A DNA stretch of 64,000 bases. Origin: an uncultured bacterium. Lineage in GTDB: Bacteria > Planctomycetota > Phycisphaerae > Phycisphaerales > UBA1924. The translations under genes and the position numbers were made by a program. The notes beneath the pieces were generated by a model. The model saw only the letters and a list, made by a program, of their open reading frames with translations. It did no database searches and had not been told where the DNA came from. Below are positions 58,234 through 64,000 of the stretch, one piece after another. The stretch spans positions 1 to 64,000 of the forward strand of contig CAILKP010000103.1 in NCBI GenBank assembly GCA_903834785.1, read 5' to 3'. The first letter of the stretch is position 1. Each line of letters begins with the position of its first letter.

Positions 58234-58942
58234 TCGACTGGACAATCTGATCAGCCAGTGGACCCGCCTCGGCGCCGGCTTCAACGCGGACCTTTCGCCC
58301 GAGTCCCCAGATCTTGAGCGGCTGCTGCTGGATACGGCGCGGCACGTTCCTGGGATGGCACGCCTGTTCATCATGGCGGCGACGTGGCTGCACCGATTTG
58401 GAGACTTGATCGCCAAGCATCGCCTGAAGCGACTCATTGGCGACGAACTGGAGCACGAGCACCACGCCGCACTGGGCTTGCTGCTGGACATAGCGCAGCA
58501 AGGCACCCACCCGGCGCAGTTCGCTTCGATCATCCGTGAGTTGTCACCCGCTGCCGAGGCTCGGCCTCTGTTCGACATCGAGCGGGCCTCCGCGACACTC
58601 GCCGAGCGGGCGAGGCGGCGCGCATCGCCGATCTCGGTGCGCTGGGGATTGTGGTGCGAGGAGATCGAGCTCAAGGAGGACGCGCTGCGGCCGGCGTCAT
58701 GGCTGATGAGCCAGAATCCCGGTCTGATCATGCGGGCTGATTTTCGCGGCGATCTTCGGGCGTCGGTGCTGGCCTCACTCGTGCACGATGCGGACGCCGG
58801 CGTCAGCGAGCTCGACCTTGCGCGTCGATGCGGGGGCTCTCGGGCCCAGGTTCGCAGCGCGTTGGACAATCTTGAACTGACCGGAAAGGCCCGGCGCACT
58901 CGCTCGGATCACGACCGGCGGACGCGAGTCAGCCTCGGCTGA
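58226..58942 (+). CDS. hypothetical helical protein with C-terminal winged-helix-like segment, overlapping partner of the NTase gene
   Basis: 238 aa. C-terminal VSELDLARRCGGSRAQVRSALDNLELTGKARR resembles a MarR/wHTH recognition helix. Central RLIGDELEHEHH segment. 8-bp overlap with the upstream gene. Confidence 0.45.
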   Translation: MSDRLDNLISQWTRLGAGFNADLSPESPDLERLLLDTARHVPGMARLFIMAATWLHRFGDLIAKHRLKRLIGDELEHEHHAALGLLLDIAQQGTHPAQFASIIRELSPAAEARPLFDIERASATLAERARRRASPISVRWGLWCEEIELKEDALRPASWLMSQNPGLIMRADFRGDLRASVLASLVHDADAGVSELDLARRCGGSRAQVRSALDNLELTGKARRTRSDHDRRTRVSLG

Positions 58943-59159
58943 TTAGGGCGTCGGGCGATCGCGGCGGGGTGAAGATGCGGGACGGCAGAGGAGGAAGCCG
59001 AGCAACCGACAGGACTACAGCCGAACGGGCTGTGTGGCGCGGAGGCCCCGGGGTCGGGCCCGAAGGCTCTGCGTGGAAACCCTGAGAACTGGCTCGGGAA
59101 GCGGCTTCGAACCGAGCAGATTCCGGGCTTTTTATTTGGCTTGAGGTATGGTGTAGCTC

Positions 59160-62100
59160 ATGCAGAGGACACCGGCACGGAACGGGCATGTGGCGGCGTG
59201 GGTGGTGGCGAGCTGCGCCGGGGCGGCGGTGCTGGCTGGGTTTGGCGGGCTGGTGCGGGGGGCGGGGGATGGGCAGGGGCTGTCGGCCACGGGGGTTCTG
59301 GGCGGTGGGTCCGGGCTGAAAGTGGCGGGGCGGACCGGCGGGGTGGAGCGGGCTGGTGGGGTGGGAGCGGTGGCAGGCAAGGCCGCGATTCGGTACGACC
59401 GGGACATTCGGCCGCTGCTTTCGGACCGGTGCTTTACGTGTCACGGGCCGGATCCGGACTCGCGGCGGGCGGGGTTGCGGCTGGATGATGCCGCGGCGGC
59501 GATGAGCGATGAGAACGGCCCGGCGGCGATTGTGCCGGGGGACCCGGATGGCAGCGAGATGCTTCGGCGGATGCTCTCGAAGGATGCCGATGAGGTGATG
59601 CCGCCGCCCTCGGCCAATAAGCGGGCGCTGACGGCCGAGGAAGTCGGGCTCATCCGGCAATGGATCAAGGAAGGGGCGAAGTACGAGCCGCACTGGTCGT
59701 TCGTGGCACCGGTGCCGCCGGCAGTGCCGGAGAATCGGGAGGCGGGTTGGGCCAAGGGTGAGGTGGACCGGTTCATCAAGGCCCGGCTGGAGGCCGAAGG
59801 GATTGCACCATCGCCGGAGGCGGAGGCCGCGACGCTGGTGCGGCGGGTGTTTCTGGATGTGACGGGGCTGCCGCCGACCCCGGAGGAGACGGATACGTAC
59901 CTGGCGGATGCAAGCCCGGAGCGGTACGAGCGGCTGGTGGACCGGTTGCTGACGACGGAACCGTACCGGACGCGCATGGCCGAGCGGATGGCCACACCGT
60001 GGCTGGACACGGCGCGATACGCCGACACGGGAGGGATTCATGCGGACAACGGGCGGCAGATGTGGTCGTGGCGGGACTGGGTGCTGGCGGCGCTGCGCGA
60101 CAACATGCCGTACGACCGGTTTGTGATCGAGCAGGTTGCCGGTGATCTGCTGCCGCAGGCGACGGTGCAGCAGAAGGTGGCGAGCGGGTTTAACCGCAAC
60201 CACGTGACGACGGATGAGGGCGGCGCGATTGTCGAGGAGTATCTGGTTGAGTACGCCGTTGATCGGGCATCGACGACGGCGACGGCGTTCCTTGGGCTGA
60301 CGATGGGGTGCGCCCGATGCCACGACCACAAGTACGACCCGATCTCGCAGGAGGAGTTCTACAAGTTCTTTGCGTACTTCAACTCGATTGATGAGCCGGG
60401 GCTGTACTCGCAGACACCGGATGCGAATCGGGCGCACGAGCCGTTTATTGAGGTGCCCGCCCAGGCGCAGCAGGAGCGGCTGGCCGCGCTGGACAAGCAG
60501 GTGCAGGACCTGAAGGTGCTGCAGGAGGTGATCTCGCCGGAAGAAGAACGCGAGTTCGCCTCGTTCCTGGACAACGCGGGGTTTGAGACCGGGGTAAAGT
60601 GGTTCGGCACGCCGGTCATGGCGGCTAAGGCGGTGAGCTCATCGACGATGAAGGTGCTGGAGGACAACTCCGTGCTGGTGGGCGGAGAGAGCCCTGCGAC
60701 GGATGTGCACGAGATCACGCTGAATCTTGATGGCGTGCGAAATGCAACTGATGCACGGCTGCTGCTCCTGGAGGCACTGGCGGACCCGACGCTGCCCGGC
60801 GGACGGGTCGGGCGGTCGGGCAACGGCAATGCGGTGCTGACAGCCCTTGAGGTTGAGAGCGTTGGTCCCGAACGCGACGGGCAGGCGGTGGTGAAGCGGC
60901 ACGCCATTGAGTGGCTGTGGGCGGACTTGTCGCAGACCGATGGTGACTACCGGTTCACGAATCTGCTGCACCCGAGCAAAGGCACGGACCGTGGCTGGGC
61001 GGTGGACGGGCACCGGACGGCGGGCGACCGGCGGCTGCTGGTGGTGCTGAAGGAGCCGATCGCGGCCGGCGAGGGGTCGCAGTTGCGAGTGAGACTGAAG
61101 TACGAGTCGATTTACACGCAGCACGTGCTTGGGCGGGTGCGGCTGTCGGTCGGGGCGATTGCCGACACAAACAAGCTGCCGCTGGAGGTGAGCAACTTCT
61201 GGCTGCTGGGGCCGTTCGGGACGGATCCGACAAAGAGTCCGTACGTGCAGATGAACGGACCGGAAGAGGCACGCGGCATTGAATTTGAACGGAACTTCGG
61301 CGCCGGCAATCAGCGGTGGCGGTATGACGCGAACTTGAAGGACGGCTCGCCGGTGCCGCTGGCTGATGGAAACAACGTAACGTATCTGGGGCGGTTGATT
61401 GTGTCGCCGACGCTGCGGACGCTGAAGGTTTCACTGGGCAGTGATGACGGCTTTGCGTTGTATCTCAACGGCAAGGAGATTGCCAGGCGGGAGATTGAGC
61501 GTGGCGTTGCGCCGGACCAGGACAAGGCGACGCTGGAGTTGGAGGCGGGGGCCAACTTGCTAGTGTTGAAGATCGTCAACACAGGGGGGGCGGCGGGGTA
61601 CTACTTCAAGCCGGGGGACCTGACTGCGGCGGGTGGATATCCGCACCAGTTGGTTGGTGCGATGCTGCCGTCGACGGCACGCGCGGGCGTGGTGGCGGAG
61701 GCGATCAAGCGGGCATGGCGGGCGGACAGATCGGCTGGGTATAAGGAGCGGCAGGAACGGGTGGAGCGGCTGGAGCGAGATCAGGAGCGGCTGCGGGCCG
61801 GCCTGCCGCGGACTATGGTCATGAAAGAGCTGTCGACGCCGCGGAAGACGTATGTACTCAAGCGCGGGCAGTACGACCAGCCGGATATGGCCCGCCCGGT
61901 GACGCGTGGCGTGCCGGCGGCGCTGGGACAGGTGGCGGCCGGGGAGCCGGCTGATCGACTGGGCCTGGCACGGTGGCTGGTGGCCAAGGAGAACCCGCTG
62001 ACGGCGCGGATCGCCGTCAACCGGCTGTGGGAGGTGGTGTTTGGTGCGGGGCTCGTGCGGACGAGCGAGGACTTTGGCCTGCAAGGTGAGTGGCCGAGCC

Positions 62101-62900
62101 ATCCGGAGCTGCTGGACTATCTGGCGGCGGACCTGCGGGACAATGGCTGGGACATGCGGCGGACGCTGCGGAAGATGCTGGTCAGTAGCACGTACCGGCA
62201 GGCATCGACGCCGCGGGCGGAGCTGACCGAGCGTGACCCGGAGAACAGGCTGCTGGCACGGGCGCCGCGGCGGCGACTGCCTGCCGAGCAGATCCGCGAT
62301 CAGGCGTTGTACGTCTCGGGGCTACTGGTGGAGCGGCTGGGCGGGCCTTCGGTCAAACCGTATCAGCCAGACGGGCTGTGGGCAGAGGGTGCGCTAACGA
62401 CCTCGAACACGAAGGTGTACGAGCGGGGCAAGGGAGAAGACTTGTATCGCCGCTCGCTGTACACGTACTGGAAGCGGGCGGTGCCGCCACCGAACATGCT
62501 GGCGTTTGATGCGCCGACGCGGGAGTTCTGCCTGGTGCGGCGGCCGGTGACAGTGACGCCGCTGCAGGCGCTGGTGCTGTGGAACGATCCGCAGTTTGTG
62601 GAGGCCACGCGCGTGCTGGCGCAGCGCACGCTAGCGGCTGGCGGGGATGATGCGGCACGGCTGGAGCAGATGTTCCGGCGGTGTACGGGGCTGAAGCCCA
62701 CTGAGGCGGAGATGGCCTCGCTTGGCCGGGCGCTGGCGACGTTCCGAACGCGCTTTGGCAGTGCGCCAGAGGATGCGGCCAAGATGCTGAGCGTGGGCGA
62801 GAGCCCGCTGCCGGCGGGCGTGGACAAGCCGGAGCTTGCGAGCTGGACGATGGTGGCAGGGGCGGTGATGAACCTGTACCGAACGACGACGCAGCAGTGA
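59160..62900 (+). CDS. PSCyt1/PSCyt2 (Planctomycete cytochrome-c-like) - DUF1549 - DUF1553 (PSD1) giant protein
   Basis: 1246 aa. CFTCHGPD heme-binding-like motif near the N-terminus (DRCFTCHGPDPDSRRAGLRLD), DUF1549 region (WLDTARYADTGGIHADN) and C-terminal DUF1553/PSD1 region. G-ending codons. Confidence 0.85.
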   Translation: MQRTPARNGHVAAWVVASCAGAAVLAGFGGLVRGAGDGQGLSATGVLGGGSGLKVAGRTGGVERAGGVGAVAGKAAIRYDRDIRPLLSDRCFTCHGPDPDSRRAGLRLDDAAAAMSDENGPAAIVPGDPDGSEMLRRMLSKDADEVMPPPSANKRALTAEEVGLIRQWIKEGAKYEPHWSFVAPVPPAVPENREAGWAKGEVDRFIKARLEAEGIAPSPEAEAATLVRRVFLDVTGLPPTPEETDTYLADASPERYERLVDRLLTTEPYRTRMAERMATPWLDTARYADTGGIHADNGRQMWSWRDWVLAALRDNMPYDRFVIEQVAGDLLPQATVQQKVASGFNRNHVTTDEGGAIVEEYLVEYAVDRASTTATAFLGLTMGCARCHDHKYDPISQEEFYKFFAYFNSIDEPGLYSQTPDANRAHEPFIEVPAQAQQERLAALDKQVQDLKVLQEVISPEEEREFASFLDNAGFETGVKWFGTPVMAAKAVSSSTMKVLEDNSVLVGGESPATDVHEITLNLDGVRNATDARLLLLEALADPTLPGGRVGRSGNGNAVLTALEVESVGPERDGQAVVKRHAIEWLWADLSQTDGDYRFTNLLHPSKGTDRGWAVDGHRTAGDRRLLVVLKEPIAAGEGSQLRVRLKYESIYTQHVLGRVRLSVGAIADTNKLPLEVSNFWLLGPFGTDPTKSPYVQMNGPEEARGIEFERNFGAGNQRWRYDANLKDGSPVPLADGNNVTYLGRLIVSPTLRTLKVSLGSDDGFALYLNGKEIARREIERGVAPDQDKATLELEAGANLLVLKIVNTGGAAGYYFKPGDLTAAGGYPHQLVGAMLPSTARAGVVAEAIKRAWRADRSAGYKERQERVERLERDQERLRAGLPRTMVMKELSTPRKTYVLKRGQYDQPDMARPVTRGVPAALGQVAAGEPADRLGLARWLVAKENPLTARIAVNRLWEVVFGAGLVRTSEDFGLQGEWPSHPELLDYLAADLRDNGWDMRRTLRKMLVSSTYRQASTPRAELTERDPENRLLARAPRRRLPAEQIRDQALYVSGLLVERLGGPSVKPYQPDGLWAEGALTTSNTKVYERGKGEDLYRRSLYTYWKRAVPPPNMLAFDAPTREFCLVRRPVTVTPLQALVLWNDPQFVEATRVLAQRTLAAGGDDAARLEQMFRRCTGLKPTEAEMASLGRALATFRTRFGSAPEDAAKMLSVGESPLPAGVDKPELASWTMVAGAVMNLYRTTTQQ

Positions 62901-62934
62901 CGTGTGATGGTGATGAGCCAAGGAGCAGCAGACG

Positions 62935-64000
62935 ATGGATCCGCTTGAGCAGCACTATCTGGACATGACGCGGCGGCGGTTCTTCGGCCTTGCCGGCAAG
63001 ACGCTCAGCGCGGGGCTGGGCGCGGCGGCGGTCGCGAGCCTGATGGGGCGAGCGGCCAGTGCGTACGCCGGGCAGCCCCCCACTGCTGCCGCGGGGGCGG
63101 CTGGACCGGCCGTGCGCGGGGCGGTGCCGCTGCATGTGCCGGCGAAGGCCAAGCGTGTGATCTACATGCACATGGAAGGTGCACCCAGCCAACTGGACCT
63201 GTTTGACTACAAGCCGGGGCTGATAAGCAGGTTCAATGAGGACCTGCCCGACTCGATCCGGCAGGGGCAGCGGTTCACGGGGATGACCAGCGGGCAGCAG
63301 CGGTTTCCGGTGGCCCCATCGATGTTCAAGTTCAACCGGCATGAGAACAACCAGGACGGGGTGCACATCTCCGAGTTGATGCCGCACACTGGCGGGATGG
63401 CCAAGGAACTGTGCTTCATTCATTCGATGCACACCGACGCGATCAACCACGAGCCGGGAATCACGTTCCTGCAGACAGGCAACCAGCAGCCGGGGCGGCC
63501 GGCGTTTGGTTCGTGGATGTCGTACGGGCTTGGAACGGACAACGAGAACCTGCCGGCGTTTGTTGTGCTGATCAGCCAGGGGTTCGGCAACGTGCAGGCA
63601 CTGTCGGCACGGTTCTGGGGCAGCGGCTTTTTGCCGTCGGAGCATCAGGGGTGCCGGCTGCGGGCGGGTGCCGACCCGGTGCTGTACTTGCGTGATCCAT
63701 CAGGCGTGACGCGGGATGACCGGCGGAAGATGCTGGATCTTGTGGCGGACCTGAATGAGCAGGAGAACCAGCGGGGGATGGACCCGGAGATCCGGGCGAG
63801 GGTGGCGCAGTATGAGCTGGCGTACCGGATGCAGATGTCGGTGCCGGACTTGACGGACTTCTCGGGCGAGAGTGAGGAAACACTGGCGATGTACGGACCG
63901 GAGGTGCGCAAGCCGGGGACGTTTGCGGCCAACTGCCTGCTGGCCCGGCGGCTCTCGGAGCGCGGCGTGCGGTTTGTGCAGTTGTACATGCGCGGGTGGG
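62935..64000 (+). CDS. DUF1501 family protein with Tat signal (3-prime partial, runs off window)
   Basis: RBS AAGGAG 9 nt upstream. MDPLEQHYLDMTRRRFFGLAGKTLSAGLGAAAVASLMG is a twin-arginine signal. DUF1501 motifs (FIHSMHTDAINHEPG). It is the conserved partner downstream of the PSCyt/DUF1553 gene. Confidence 0.85.
   Translation, partial: MDPLEQHYLDMTRRRFFGLAGKTLSAGLGAAAVASLMGRAASAYAGQPPTAAAGAAGPAVRGAVPLHVPAKAKRVIYMHMEGAPSQLDLFDYKPGLISRFNEDLPDSIRQGQRFTGMTSGQQRFPVAPSMFKFNRHENNQDGVHISELMPHTGGMAKELCFIHSMHTDAINHEPGITFLQTGNQQPGRPAFGSWMSYGLGTDNENLPAFVVLISQGFGNVQALSARFWGSGFLPSEHQGCRLRAGADPVLYLRDPSGVTRDDRRKMLDLVADLNEQENQRGMDPEIRARVAQYELAYRMQMSVPDLTDFSGESEETLAMYGPEVRKPGTFAANCLLARRLSERGVRFVQLYMRGW

Noticed and set aside
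58226-58942. Calling the NTase partner a HEPN toxin
   Set aside because: The only candidate motif is R-x7-H (RLIGDELEH), outside the canonical R-x4-6-H spacing. It is left as a hypothesis in the findings and is not annotated as a feature.
58929-60437. 502-aa minus-strand ORF
   Set aside because: Antisense to the PSCyt/DUF1549 gene. Arg/Pro-rich composition is characteristic of a reverse-frame artefact.

Overview
This 64-kb window is a very GC-rich (about 70%) bacterial chromosome segment whose gene content points to Planctomycetota. The evidence is a DUF1800/DUF1501 pair at the left end, a PSCyt/DUF1549/DUF1553 giant protein followed by a second DUF1501 protein at the right end, HAF-repeat and DUF11-repeat surface proteins, and Tat signal peptides. 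The backbone is housekeeping: dnaK, ahcY preceded by an ArsR-methyltransferase fusion, a polyprenyl synthase, ptsN-like EIIA, fumC, truD, a YhaM-like exoribonuclease, a znuACB operon, tRNA-Ala(CGC) and tRNA-Gly(CCC), plus OPT, AbgT and flippase transporters. Several short stretches have visibly lower GC and different codon style, and these are the main candidates for accessory or novel systems. They are a two-gene module at 14.5-16.8 kb (double zinc-ribbon membrane protein plus unknown partner), a 1.6-kb cassette at 24.7-26.3 kb bounded by identical 45-bp terminator-like hairpin repeats, a gene pair at 42.4-44.5 kb, and a tRNA-Gly-adjacent block at 57.0-58.9 kb that contains a minimal-nucleotidyltransferase gene overlapping a winged-helix-like partner gene. 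Three consecutive surface-protein genes at 26.4-33.8 kb, two of them a 1984-bp tandem duplication, share an unusual C-terminal dockerin/EF-hand-like twin-repeat module ending in GC. By eye, the + strand switches from C>G to G>C at about 37-38 kb, inside a HEAT-repeat gene, which is an origin-type GC-skew switch. No CRISPR arrays, rRNA genes, integrases or transposases were seen. Many long antisense shadow ORFs typical of high-GC DNA were rejected.
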